Positions 13,898-27,138 of a stretch of DNA of 64,000 bases are shown in pieces. The DNA comes from Eledone cirrhosa. Its lineage: Eukaryota. Location of the stretch: assembly GCA_964016885.1 (NCBI GenBank), contig OZ024741.1, forward strand, positions 313,534,001 to 313,598,000, written 5' to 3'. Below the pieces are notes generated by a model. The model searched no databases. It was not told the DNA's origin and was given only the letters and a program-made list of their open reading frames with translations. Made by a program: the position numbers and the translations under genes. How positions within the stretch are numbered: position 1 is the stretch's first letter; each line of letters starts with the position of its first letter.

Positions 13898-16350
13898 ACT
13901 TGAGGAGGGTCATATTGTTGTGATAATTTTGCCAGAAATAATAACAGAACACACTCACTGTTTGGTTGGTTTTCGCTTTTGTATCTTTTATATCTCCATA
14001 GTTAATTCATTCGGCAATCAATGTTTATCACTGATTCACTAACGGTCAAAAATACAGATATAAATACATATATATAGTCTAAAAAAGTTCTTTCGTTTCA
14101 CATCTGCAACATCATCAGTGGTACTATCATCTATCACTCCTGCTGTATTACAAGTCTACGCCATTTATATTTTATCTGTTTATTTATTTATTTTTATTTA
14201 TTTTTGACTTCGTCCATGCGCATGCGTTTGCGTGTGTGTATATTGTTTGGTGTGTGAGTTCGCGTTTGGGTGACTGTGTTTTGGTTATTGTATTCTATCT
14301 TAGTTTATTAGTGTGTCTTTATATGTGTTTCTTCTTATTGTGCTTGTGTATATATTCATTTATGTATTTATTTATTTATTTATATTTCTCCTATGTCAGT
14401 ACTCTTTGTTTGGGTGTTGGTATTCCACTCATTTTTTGTTTAGCTTTGTCTTTTTAAACTGTGTTTCGCTTGCGTCTTTGATGTGCCTACTTGCTGGCTC
14501 ATTTCTATATGTAGATAATATTTTAATTTCTATGTCTTACCGTCATGTTGTTGTCTGGACTATTCGTATTGTACTGAACTTTTATTTTGTTCTTTTAATT
14601 CCCCCCAATTTTGGTCTATACATTCTCCTATGCATCGAGCTCTCGCGCCTATGTATGGTGTTGTCATATTTCTGCAAGTAGCCTCTTTACATCTTATGCT
14701 ATAAACTACATTTCTAGTTTTACAGTTTATCTGGGGGTTTACTTTACATATAGCACATTTCTTATTAGTACAGTATGTTTTCTTAAAAGGGTCTGTTTTG
14801 ATGATCCGGGATTGCATGGCGGTTCCTGATTTTTCTAACACTTTCATCTTTAAGTAGGTCATTCTCAGGGCCTTTCTGCATTGGGTAGCTAATTTCCCTC
14901 CAGGGGTAGCGTCCACGAGCATGACACTTTGGTATCTCAGGTTGTGGTACCATGAGGTGGTTTTACCTATTTTATATTTAATCTTATCTAAGATATTCCA
15001 TGATTTGCTCCTGTATAATGGGCAAATTCCTTTCATCTCCAGTTCTATGAGGGTCTTATACATCTCAGTGGTTCCTTTGTATGCTCTCATTCTATCTCTC
15101 TGGTTGTAGCCAGAGAAATGCATGTGCTTTATGAAGTGTTGGATGTGTCTTTCCATTTCTGTTGGGTCGCACATGCGGGACACGTTCTTCATCACTCGTA
15201 CCAAGTCAGCGATAAGAATATTAAATTTAGCACTACTGGACATTGCTGAGGTTTTGAGTAACAGGTATTTGGAGGCCATGGGTTTAGCGTAGTATGAGTG
15301 GGGATTTTGGGCCTTCACGTATATAGTGTTAATCCAGAGTTCCGTATCTAATACAGGTAGTCTATTATTAGGGTGATTGGAAGGGTATTCAATAGTTACA
15401 GTTATACTCTGGTGTATGGAGTTAGCTATCTGCTGGATTCTTTATTCTAATATATATTCGTTAGTACTCTCTCGTGGCGGTGTCCTTATTACTATATTAA
15501 TATTGTCTACGTAACGAGAGTACATGGACCTCTCTTGAAGGAGGTTTTGAGTCTCATTTCCCAGCAAACCATAAAAAGGTTGGCAACATCACCAGCTATG
15601 TTGATCTAAATGGTTGCTGCCTCATTTTGGGTGTAGATATTTACGTTGAATAGGGTAGTTTTAATACTAGCCCCATTGCATGTGCGACAACTTTTCTTAC
15701 CTGATCATTGTTTTGGGGTGTTGGTACGGCTTTAGTCCACCAAATTCACCCTCCCAAGGCAGTCTTTTTTGCCATTGAGGTTATGGTGGGTGGTCTACTT
15801 CTTATGGGTCTACTAGGGCAGGAACGGCTAAGAACACGGCTGTCTAGTTACTTGGTGTCATAGATAAGTCTAAGTAGGAGGCCCAGTTCATCTGTGTCTA
15901 CGTCGCATACCACAACCTCACTTTCACTGATTATCTCCACACAAGTTTCCACAGCAAAATCAATGTTAATGGATGGTTATAGAGATACAACGTCCATACT
16001 GCGTATTATGCAGTTAGATAGGTTTTTTGTTTTTGTTGCACTCATTGATTCTGCTTAAGAGGTCTTCTGTGCTGTCAAATAAATCTGGGGATATCTTTAT
16101 TAAGGAGCGTATAACCACTGAGCGGAACTAGGAGATCCTTTAGTTGCTAGCGATATTGGCTACGCATACAAGTCTTGTTGGTGGATCTGTCACCGGGTCG
16201 TCGAGTATCTTATGGTATTTGAAGAGCACATATAAGGGTGGTATGTCATTGTTAGACGCGTGGATGTTCATAGCAGTGGGTCTGCTTGGCTTTAGGATGT
16301 CGGTCCTCATCATCATGTGAGCTTGACGATCTCCTCTCACCCATCATGTG
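13898..16350 (-). mobile_element. Penelope-like retroelement family 2, decayed
   Basis: MDVVSLYPSI and LPVLDTE RT motifs; ORF 14560-15318 with KPMAS, CxxxxCxxC linker and GIY-YIG NVVYSIRC...PYIG. Confidence 0.85.
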
Positions 16351-17297
16351 TTTCTTGTGTAATTTCGCCTGGCGATATATTTGTCTGTATGTGTGTCTGT
16401 GTGTGTGTGTGTGTGTGCGCACGTGTGTGTGGGTGCGTGTGTGTGTGCGTGTGTGCGTGTGTTTATTTCAAAGTAAAAATGTCGGAAATGCATATCGTAG
16501 TAACTGATAAAATATGGTGTAAATTTGAAGGATTATATTTGTTTTTTCTTATGATATTGTTTGTTTCTTTCATTATGTTATATATATATAATATATATAT
16601 TATATGTATAGATATGTATATATGTATGTATGTATATATGTGTGTGTGTATGTGTGTATGTATGCATTTATATATATATATTTATATATACATATATATA
16701 TACAGTATATATTATATATATGTAAAAGTTATTCAGAAATAACAAGACAATCGCTACAGTATATGGAAGGGATATATTAGGTTAACCTTTGATATAGCAC
16801 GAATAGGGTCTCAGCATTTTGGACACTAGTCCTTAATTAGAAGAAAGAATGTGAAATAAATTAGATTGAGGGGAGGGTTGCGTTGGAATTGGAAAACATG
16901 TCCTGAGATAAAAATAACAGATTCATTTATGTTGACATCTCTTGCAGTGTGTGTGTGTGTATGTATGTGCGTGTGTGTTTATTTAAATGTAAGAATGTCG
17001 CAATTACATATCGTAGTAACTGGTAGAATATGGTAAGATTTGGAAGGACTATATATGTTTTTTTTTTTCTTATAATATTGTTTGTTTCTTTCATAATATT
17101 TTTTAACCTTGCTTTTGACTGAAATAAAAATCCATGTATATTTTTTAGAGGATCGATTTAATATTCAATAAATATCTAAGTTCATTTGTTTATCACAAGA
17201 AATATATAATCTGAAACTTTCGTATGAAATTGTATCATTGATATCTGTATGTAATTAATGATATCATCATCATTCTCATATATATTGATAGTTTTAG

Positions 17298-17432
17298 AAT
17301 GCCCAGTAGGAACGTTTGGTGTTGATTGTAAAGGGACTTGCCATTGTATCAACAATATTAACTGTGACAAGCGAAATGGAACATGTTCAGATGGATGTTC
17401 TGAAGGTTATATTGGTGTCAATTGCCAAGAAG
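17298..17432 (+). CDS. EGF-like exon, type G copy 1
   Basis: AG/GT flanked, 135 bp; ECPVGTFGVDCKGTCHCINNINCDKRNGTCSDGCSEGYIGVNCQE. Confidence 0.85.
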
Positions 17433-17463
17433 GTATATCATAAAATTGTTACATGCATACTAT

Positions 17464-17554
<91 letters not shown>

Positions 17555-18639
17555 CACATATCTATTTATATATATTTATTCATACATAAAAATTATATAT
17601 ATACCGTATATGCCGGTGTAAAAGTTGATCCGCCGAGTATGTCGATGATTAGTGTACACACACACACACACAGACACACACATATATATATATACATACA
17701 CACACACATATATATATATGTATATATACATTTATATATATCCCGTATATGCCGGTTTAAAAGTCCACCCATCAAAGTTGTGGTGTAATTCAGGTTGAGG
17801 CCTATATACGCCGGTTAGACGACACTCCAGGTATAAGGCATTACCATCTCCCCAGCCGTAGATATGCTTGCCGTTGTTTATTTGCACAAAATATAAAATA
17901 TGGATATAAACACTAAATAGTTGTAAAATTAAAATGCATCTGAGGAAAGTACAATTTGTAAAATTTATTTTTCATTTAACAAAAAGATTTAACTGAACTG
18001 TTTTATTAGTAAACAACATGCTGCCACACCTTCACTTCATAGGCCGTTTAGCACAAGACCTCTTTAATCTTGAAATTTAATATAAAATTGTATATATATA
18101 TATACATATATATATATATACACAAATACATTTATATATGTAGCGTATATGTCGGTGTAAAAGTTGATCCGCTGCATATCTCGACCCATCAAATGTTGTG
18201 GTATAAATCAGGTTTAGGCCTATATACGCCAGTTTAGACGATACCCCTGGTATGAGGGATTACCCTCTCCACAGCCGTAGATATGTTTGCCGTTGTTTAT
18301 TTGCATGAAATATAAAACATTAAAATAAAGACTAAATAGTTGTAAAATAAAAATGCATATCAGGAAAGTACAGGTTGCAAGATGTATGTTTCAGTTAACA
18401 AAATGGTTTAACTGAACTGTTTTATTAGAAAACAATATCCTACCACACGTGACTTGATACGCGGGAATTTAAAAAAACCTCAATATTCCTTATCCAATGT
18501 GCATCATCTTAGATGTCGATAAATATCTACTGTCGTCCTGTTTTGTTTCGTGGTGAAATTACTGTAGTTTTCCGATAATTTAGATAATTCAGTGAATCAG
18601 GATACCATTAATATAATAACTATAATATTAATACTAATA

Positions 18640-19577
18640 GGAATCGCTTATGAGGATAATGCAAGCTATTTACAATGGTGCTGTCAGTAAAGTGACAATA
18701 GAAATGGAGTTTAGTGAGGAATTCCAGATAAAAGTAGGTGTACATCAATGTTCGCTCCACAGCCCAATCTTTTTCATTATAGACAGCCAAGCCATAACAG
18801 TGGAGTTTAAGACTGGCTGCCCATTGGAACTTCCATATGCTGATGAGCTGGTTCTTATAGCAGATTCAGTAGAGGAGCTAGAGAATAAATTCTGGCTATG
18901 GAAACAGCAATTTGAATCAAGAGGCCTGAGAGTGAACATAGCTAAAACAAAAGTGTTGATAAGTGGAAGAGAGGACAATGCTCTGATTCCCTCAGGGAAT
19001 TGACCATGTTAGATATATAGGAAAGGAACTGGCATCAATTCCATAAAATGTACACAATGCTGATCTTGGAGACACAATAGATGTAGTGGGATAGCAGGCA
19101 AACTAGCAGGTAGGGAAAACTTCGTATGCAATAGATGTACAGGAAAAGTTGACAGTAGTAATCACAGTGATAGACTCATTTGTCCAATGCAGGTGGGTTC
19201 TATAGAAGTGGTTGATAGCTTCCGGTACCCAGGTGATAACATACACATGGGAGGAGGGTGTTTCGCGTCCTTATTATCTAGAATAAGGACGGGTTGAAAG
19301 AAGTTTATGGTGTTTCGCCCTGTTTTGTTTCGTGGGGAAATTACAGTAGTTTTCCGATAATTTAGATAATTCAGTGAATCAGTATACCATTAACATAGTA
19401 ACTATAATATTAATACAAATAGGACTGCTTCTGAGGATAATGCAAGTTATGTACAGAGGTGCGGTCAGTAAAGTAACAATTGAAATGGAGTTTAGTGAGG
19501 AATTCCAGATACACGTAGGTGTACATCAAGGTTCTCTCCTCAGCCCAAACTTGTTCGTTATAGTCCCCCAACCATAA
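18640..19577 (+). mobile_element. RTE-like LINE RT fragments (~18640-19315 and ~19420-19577)
   Basis: ORF 18650-19003: GVHQ..SP.FF...LPYADELVLIA...GLRVNIAKTKV. Confidence 0.85.
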
Positions 19578-19784
19578 CATAATATTATTAACATTGCATT
19601 TAATTGAACTAAAAATCCTAGTATTGTTTATAAAGGATCGATATAATATTCAATAAATCTACAACTTCATTTGTTTAGCACAATACCAGATTTGTTTCTT
19701 GAAATTTAATATAAAATTATATCATTGATATATGTATGTAATTAATGATATCTTCAACATTATCATATATCTTGATAATTTTAG

Positions 19785-19919
19785 AATGCCCAGCAGGAAA
19801 GTTTGATCTTGATTGTAATAGGACCTGCCATTGTATCAACGACGCGAACTGTGATAAGCGATATGGAATATGTTTAGATGGATGTTCTGCTGGTTATACT
19901 GGTTACAATTGCCAAGAAG
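19785..19919 (+). CDS. EGF-like exon, type A copy 2
   Basis: AG/GT flanked, 135 bp; ECPAGKFDLDCNRTCHCINDANCDKRYGICLDGCSAGYTGYNCQE. Confidence 0.85.
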
Positions 19920-19950
19920 GTATCTCATATAATTTTTACGCAAGTATTAT

Positions 19951-20031
19951 ACACACGCGCGCGCGCACACACGCACACGCACACGCACACACACACACAC
20001 ACACACGCACACACACACAGACACACACACG

Positions 20032-20096
<65 letters not shown>

Positions 20097-20333
20097 ACAC
20101 ACACACATACATACATACATACATACATACATACATACATACATACATACATACATACATACATACATACATACATACATACATACATACATACATACAT
20201 ACATACATACATACATACATACATACATACATACATACATACATACATACATACATACATACATACATACATACATACATACATACATACATACATACAT
20301 ACATACATACATACATACATACATACATACATA
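19951..20333. repeat. (CA)n + (ACAT)n microsatellite
   Basis: Seen directly. Confidence 0.95.
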
Positions 20334-20763
20334 CCGTATATGCCGGTGTAAAAGTTGATCCGCTGCATATTTCGACCTAATCAAATCATGTGGTAAAAAT
20401 CAGGTTTAGGCCTATACACCCCAGTTTAGACGACAACATTGGTATAAAGGATACCTTCTCCCCAGCTGTAGATATGTTTGCCGTTGTTTAATTGCATTAA
20501 ACAGAAAACATTAAAATCAACACTAAATAGTTGTAAAATAAAAAATGCATGTGAAGAAAGTAAAAGTTGCAAAATTTATTTTTCAGTTAACAAAATGATT
20601 TAACTGAACTGATTTATTAGTAAACAATATCCTACGACACCGTGACTTAATACGCGTGAATTTTAAAAACCTAAATATTCCTTATCCAATGTGTATCTGC
20701 TTAGATGGCGATATATATTTACTTTCGTCCTGTTTTGTTTCATGGGAAACTACAGTAGTTTTC

Positions 20764-21328
20764 CGATAAGCATGGGAGGAGGGTGTTCCGCGTCCTTAGT
20801 ATCTAGAATAAGGACGAATTGGAAGAAGTTTATGGAGCTTCTTCCTCTGTTGACAAAGAAGCGTTTCTCCATGCGTACAAAGGGACGGTTATATGATACC
20901 TGTGTGAGATGCGAGGATGCTGCATGGTAGTTAGAAATGGATAGCAACTGCTGAAGGTAAGCGACGGCTTAAGAGAAATGAAGCAAGTATGCTCCATTGG
21001 ATGTGCAATTTTAATATGCGTGAACGACAAAACATAGACGCGTTGACAAGCAAACTGGGTATAATAGGGATAAGTTGTGGTGTGCAGGAGAGAAGGCTGA
21101 CATGGTATGGACATATGATGTGCATGGAGGATGAGCGCTTGGTGAAGAAGTGACAGGAAGTCCAAGTGGAGCGAAGACGCAGTACAGGTATATCACGAAA
21201 AACATGGGCGGTGCCGGTGAAACTCACCAAGGAGATGACAAAGGACCGAACAGGTTGGGAGATGCTGTGCTGAATAGAACCCGTCCAACTATTGCAAGCA
21301 GGGAAAAGCGGGCGAAAAATGATAATAA
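20764..21328 (+). mobile_element. RTE-like LINE 3' fragment
   Basis: Paralogue of 2875-3440. Confidence 0.75.
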
Positions 21329-21726
21329 ATAAAAATGCATGTGAAGAAAGTACAATTTGCCAAATAAACTTTTCAGTTAACAAAATGATTTAACTGAACA
21401 GTTTTTTAATAAACAACATGCTACCACACCATCACTTGATACGGGGTAAATTTAAAAAGCTAAATATTCCTTATCCAATGTGTATCATTATTACGAGGCG
21501 ATATCATTTTATTCTCGACCTGTTTTGTTTCGTGGGAAAATTACCGGAGATTTTCCGATAGTTTAGATAATTCAGTGAATCAATATACCATTCATATTAT
21601 AACTATGATATTCATGATAATATTATAGATATGTATGTGTATATATATATATGTATGTATATATGTATTTATGTATGTATGTGTGTGTGTGTATGTGTGT
21701 ATGTATACATTTATATATATACGGTG

Positions 21727-21761
<35 letters not shown>

Positions 21762-21966
21762 TGTGTGCGTGTGTGTGTGTCTGTTTTTATTTACATGTAG
21801 GAATGTCGCAAACACATATCGTAGTAACTGGTAGAATATGATAATATTTGGAACGATTAAATATCATTTTTTTTCTTATAATACTCTTTGTTTCTTTCAT
21901 GATGTTTTAAACATTGCCGTTAACTGAACTAAAAATCCATGTATGTTTTATAGAGAATCGTTATAA

Positions 21967-22570
21967 TCAATATATATGAAACCTTGGATGTATATCTGTG
22001 TTTGTGTGTGTCTGTGAGTTTGAATCCCTAACACTCTAGAAGTACCGAACCGATTTTTTCAAAGTTTACATCTGTATTACGTATGTTTCAGGGAATGTTA
22101 TGCACATACAATTCAACTTTGTTCATCCCCTAGGACCCGCATTAGTTTAAAAAGTGTGTTTTATTTCAGATTTTAGGGGTATCTTGATGCTTTACGTCAG
22201 ACCGATTTTCTTGAAATTGTAACTATGTATTATTCAGTCTCTTTCTATACCGGGAGCAAAGAAAATCCAACTTTATTATTGCCTATGGCCCGCAGTAGGT
22301 GAGCAACTTCATTTTTTCAGGCATATTTTTCAAGGCATAGTATGCACATGAAAACAATTCATTTTCTGGATTCCCTAAGGCCCACATTAGGTGAAAACCT
22401 GTATTTTTCCTCATTCATCGAGGAAAATCTCAAAGATTATGCAGCCATCAGAATATTCGGTTTATTTTCTTTACATATTGTCCGGGCATGCAGTTTTTCC
22501 ACGATTAAGTCTGTTGGTGGCCCGCGTTCCAAAATACCTTATCCCGTGCAACGCCCGATACCACTGCTGG
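21967..22570 (+). mobile_element. Non-autonomous Helitron-like element before exon B
   Basis: Same site; 5' TC, 3' CTGG (CTRR). Confidence 0.75.
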
Positions 22571-22695
22571 TATTCAATAAATATACACATTCATTTTTTA
22601 CCACAAGACCACTTTAAGCGTAACATTTTGTATAAAATTGTATCATTTATAATTAATGATATATGCAACAATATCACATATAGTGATATTTTCAG

Positions 22696-22830
22696 AATGC
22701 CGAGCAGGAAGGTTTGGTGTTGCTTGTAATGGGACATGCCATTGTATCAACAGCATAAACTGTGCCAAGCGAAATGGAACATGTTCAGATGGATGTTCTG
22801 CAGGTTATACTGTTGTCAATTGCCAAGAAG
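22696..22830 (+). pseudogene. EGF exon type B copy 1: open frame, canonical donor lost
   Basis: TTTCAG acceptor and 8 Cys intact (ECRAGRFGVACNGT...YTVVNCQE), but GAAG|ATATCT replaces GAAG|GTATCT. Confidence 0.7.
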
Positions 22831-22984
22831 ATATCTCATAAACTTGTTGCGTACTTACTAAACACACACACACACACATACACACAACTATATACCCAAC
22901 CCACACACACACATATACATGTATATATATATATATATAAATGGAATAGAATGAAACGAAATTTCATTTCTCACTCTTAGTACG

Positions 22985-23084
22985 GCACTGACTTCGCCTT
23001 TCATCCTTACGTGGTCGATAAAATAAAGTACCAGTAATGCACTGGAATAATTGCTGGCCTTGTGCCAAAAGTAGAAACAATTAT
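22985..23084 (+). mobile_element. SINE fragment with Ceph-domain-like core (also ~46008-46107)
   Basis: GACTTCGCCTTTCATCCTT..GGTCGATAAAATAAAGTACCAG...GCTGGCCTTGTGCCAAAA, recognised from memory as resembling abundant octopus SINEs; no search run. Confidence 0.55.
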
Positions 23085-23291
23085 CTATGTATACGTACAT
23101 ACATATATGTATACATACGTACAGAAGTATGTATATATATACATACATTTGTACAAAGAAACAAACCGAGCATCATAATAAATGTTCGGTAAACCGATAC
23201 GTGCATGTATATATGTGTGCATGTACGTATATATATACATACTACTGTACGTGTATACATATATGTATGTACGTATACATACATACATACA

Positions 23292-23340
<49 letters not shown>

Positions 23341-23360
23341 TATATTAATATATATAGTTA

Positions 23361-25020
23361 TACTTGAGTAGGGTAATATTGTTGTAATAACTTTGCCAGA
23401 AATAATAACAGAACACATTCACGCTTTGGTTGGTGTTCGCTTTGTATGTTTTATATCTCCATAGTTAATTCATTCGGCAATCAATGTGTATCACTGATTC
23501 ACTAACGGTCAAAAATACAGATATAAATACATATATATAGTCTAAAAAATTTCTTTCGTTTCACATCTGCAACATCATCAGTGGTACTATTATGTATCAC
23601 TCCTGCTGTATTACAATCTACGCCATTTATATTTTATCTTTTTATTTATTTATTTTTATTTATTTTTGTCTTCGTACCTGCGCATGCGTTTGTTTGGTGT
23701 GTTTGTTCGCGTTTGGGTGACTGTGTTTTGGTTATTGTATTCTATCTTAATTTATTAGTGTGTCTTTATATGTGTTTTTTTGTTATTGTGCTTGTGTATT
23801 TATTCATTTATTTATATATATTTTTATATTTCTCTTAAGTCAGTATTGTTTGTTTGGGTGTTGTTATCCCATTAATTTTTTTTCTGTTTATCTTTCTCAT
23901 TTTAAGATCTGTCGCGCTTGACTCTCTGATTTGCCTACCTGCTGGCTCATTTCTATTTTTTAGATATTATTTTAATTTCTATGTTGACTATGTTACCGTC
24001 ATGTTGTTGTCTGGCATGTTCGTAGGTACTGAACCTGTTTTTTTGCTCTTTTAATTCCCCCCAGTGTGGGTCTATACTTTCTCCTATGCATCGAGCTGTC
24101 TCGCCTATGTATGGTGTTGTGATGTTTCTGCAAGTAGCCTCTGTACATCTCATGCTATAGACTACATTTCTAGTTTTACAGTTTATCTGGGGATTTACTT
24201 TACATATAGTACACTTCTTATAAGTATAGTGGGTTTTGTTGAAAGTGTGTTTTGCTGATCAGGGATTTCATGGTAGTTACTGGTTTTTCTAACACTTTAC
24301 TCATTAAGTGGGTCTTTCTCAGGACCATTCTACATTGGTTAGCTAATTTCCCTCCAGGGGTAGCGTGCACGTATATGACAATCTGGTATCTCGGGTTGTG
24401 GTACCATGAGGTGGCTTTGCCTATCTTTTGCTTAGTCCTATCTAAGCTATTCCATGATTTTCTCCTGTATAATGGGCAAATTACTTTCATGTCCAGTTCT
24501 ATGAGGGTCTTATACTTCTCAGTGTTTACATTGTATACTCGGATTCTGTCTCTTTGGTTGTAGCCAGAGAAATGCCTGCGCTTTATGAAGTGTTTGATGT
24601 GTCTTTCCATTTATCTTGGGTCGCTCATGCGGGACACGTTCTTCATCACTCGTACCAAGTCTGCGATCAGAATATTAAACTTAGCACTACTGAACATTGC
24701 TGTGTATTTGAGTAACAGGTATTTGGAGGCCATGGGTTTAGCGTAGTGTGAGTGGGGAATTTGGGACCTATCGTATATAGTGTTAATCCAGAATTCCGTG
24801 TCTAATACAGGTAGTCTATTATTAGGTTGATTGGAAGGGTATTCAATAGTTACAGTTATACTCTGGTGTATGGAGTTAGTTATCTGCTGGATTCTTTCCA
24901 TTGTGCTATATTCTAATTGCTATTCGTTACTATTCTCTTGTGGCAGTGTCCTTATTACTATATTTAATATTGTCTACGTAAGGAGAGTACAGGATGTGTT
25001 CTATGGAGCTCACTTCAAGG
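23361..25020 (-). mobile_element. Penelope-like family 2, shorter copy after exon B
   Basis: PYIGETAR, LPVLDTEFWI; same junction as the F-linked copy. Confidence 0.85.
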
Positions 25021-25282
25021 AGATTTTTGTATGTTTCAGTTAACAAAATGGTTCAACTGAACTGTTTTATTAGTAAACAATATCCTACCACACGTGACCT
25101 GATACGCGGGAATTGTAAAAATCTAAATATTCCTTATCCAATGTGTATCATCATAGATGGCGATATATATTTACTGTCGTCCTGTTTTGTTTCGTGGAGA
25201 AATTACAGTAGTTTTCCGATAATTTAGATAATTCAGTTAATCAGTATTCTATTAATATAATAACTATAATATTAATACTAAT

Positions 25283-26445
25283 AGGAATCGCTTGTGAGGA
25301 CAATGCAAGATACGTACAGTGGTGCTGTCAGTAAAGTGACAAGAGAAATGGAGTTTAGTGAGGAATTCCAGATACAAGCAAGTGTACATCAATGTCGCTC
25401 CTCAGTCCAATCTTTTCCATTATAGACCACCAAGCCATGACAGGGGAGTTTAAGACTGGCTGCCCATGGGAACTTCTATATGCTGATGATCTGGTTCTTA
25501 TATCAGATTGAGTACAGGAGCTAGAGAATATATTCTGGCTATTGAAACAGTAATTTGAATCAAGAGGCCTGAGAGAGAACATAGCTAAAACAAAAGTGTT
25601 GATAAGTGGAAGAGAGGACAATGCTCTGATTCTATCAGGGAAATGGCCATGTTAGATATATAGAAAAGGAACTGGCATAAATTCCATAAAATATACACAA
25701 TGCTGATCTTGGAGACACAATTGATGTAGTGCGTTAGCAGGCAAACTAACAGGTAGGGAAAACTACGTATGCAATAGATGTACAGGGAAAGTTGGCAGTA
25801 GTAATTACTGTGATAGACTCATTTTTCCAATGCAGGTGGGTTCTATAGAAGTGACTGATAGCTTCCGGTACCCAGGTGATAAGATACGCATGGGAGGAGG
25901 GTGTTCCGCGTCCATATTATCTAGAATAAGGGCGGATTGGAAGAAGTTTATGGAGTTTCTTCCTCTGTTGATAAAGAAGCGGTTCTCCATGCGTACAAAT
26001 GGACGGCCATATGATACATGTGTGAGATGCGACGATACTGCATGGTAGTTAGAAATGGACAACAACTGCTGAAGATATACGACGGCTGGAGAGAAATGAA
26101 GCAAGTATGTTCCGTTGTATGTGCAATTGTAATGTGCGTGAACGACCAAGCATAGACGAGTTGAGAAGGAAACTGGGTATAAGAGGGATACATTGTAGTG
26201 TGCAGGAGAGAACGCTGAGACGGTATGGACATTTGATGTGATTGGAGGATGAGCGCTGTGTGAAGAAGTGCCAGGAAATCCAAGTGGAGGGAAGACGCAG
26301 TACGGGTAGACCACGAAGAACATGGGCGGGTCTGGTGCAAGTCAACGAGGAGATGACAAAGGACCTTGACAAGTGAGGAGATGCTGTGCTGAATAGGACC
26401 CGTCCAACCATTGCTAGCTGGGAAAAGCGGGCGGAAAAATTATAA
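25283..26445 (+). mobile_element. 5'-truncated decayed RTE-like LINE
   Basis: Paralogue of 10475-11610 with the same 5' junction. Confidence 0.8.
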
Positions 26446-26489
26446 TAAATAAAAATGCTCGTGAAGAAAGTACAATTTAGAAATTATAC

Positions 26490-26520
<31 letters not shown>

Positions 26521-26639
26521 TCAAAGTAAAAATGTCGCAAATACATATCGTAGTAACTGATAAAATATGGTGTAAATTTGAAGGTTTATATATGTTGTTT
26601 CTCATGGTATTGTTTGTTTCTTTCATTATGTTGTATATG

Positions 26640-26672
<33 letters not shown>

Positions 26673-26853
26673 ATATAAGTATGTATGTATATATGTGTGT
26701 GTGTATGTATGCATTTATATATATATATATATAACATATATATATATACAGTATATATTATCTATTTGTAAAAGGTAAACGGAAATAACAAGACAATCGG
26801 TACAGTATATGGAAGGGATATATTAGGTTAACGTTTGATATAGCAGGAATAGC

Positions 26854-26893
26854 GTCTCAACATTTTGGACACTAGTCCTTCATTAGAAGAAAC
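26854..26893 (-). ncRNA. Decayed minimal hammerhead relic (also ~3941-3980, 16808-16847, 39716-39755, 49883-49922, 62662-62701)
   Basis: Minus strand GTTTCTT-CTAATGA-A-GGAC-TAGT-GTCC-AAAATGTT-GAGAC, three transitions from CTGATGA...GAAACGTT. Confidence 0.45.
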
Positions 26894-26966
26894 AATGAGA
26901 AATAAAATAGATTGAGGGGGCATTTGAATTGGAATTGGAATACAAATAAAAATAACAGGTTCATCT

Positions 26967-27020
26967 GAACATGTTCAGATGGATGTTCTGCAGGTTATAT
27001 TGGTGTCAATTGCCAAGAAG
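26967..27020 (+). pseudogene. Half exon, type C copy 2
   Basis: Same 5' deletion as 4048; donor additionally mutated to TT. Confidence 0.8.
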
Positions 27021-27107
27021 TTATCTCATAAAATTGTTACATACTTACTATACACACACACATTCACGCACACACACACACACATGCACACACACACACA
27101 CGCGCGC

Positions 27108-27138
<31 letters not shown>

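Noticed and set aside
14560-15318. Longest ORFs (252-262 aa) as host genes or an active element
   Set aside because: They are fragments of a frameshifted Penelope RT/GIY-YIG with the YIGET motif altered to YIGAR
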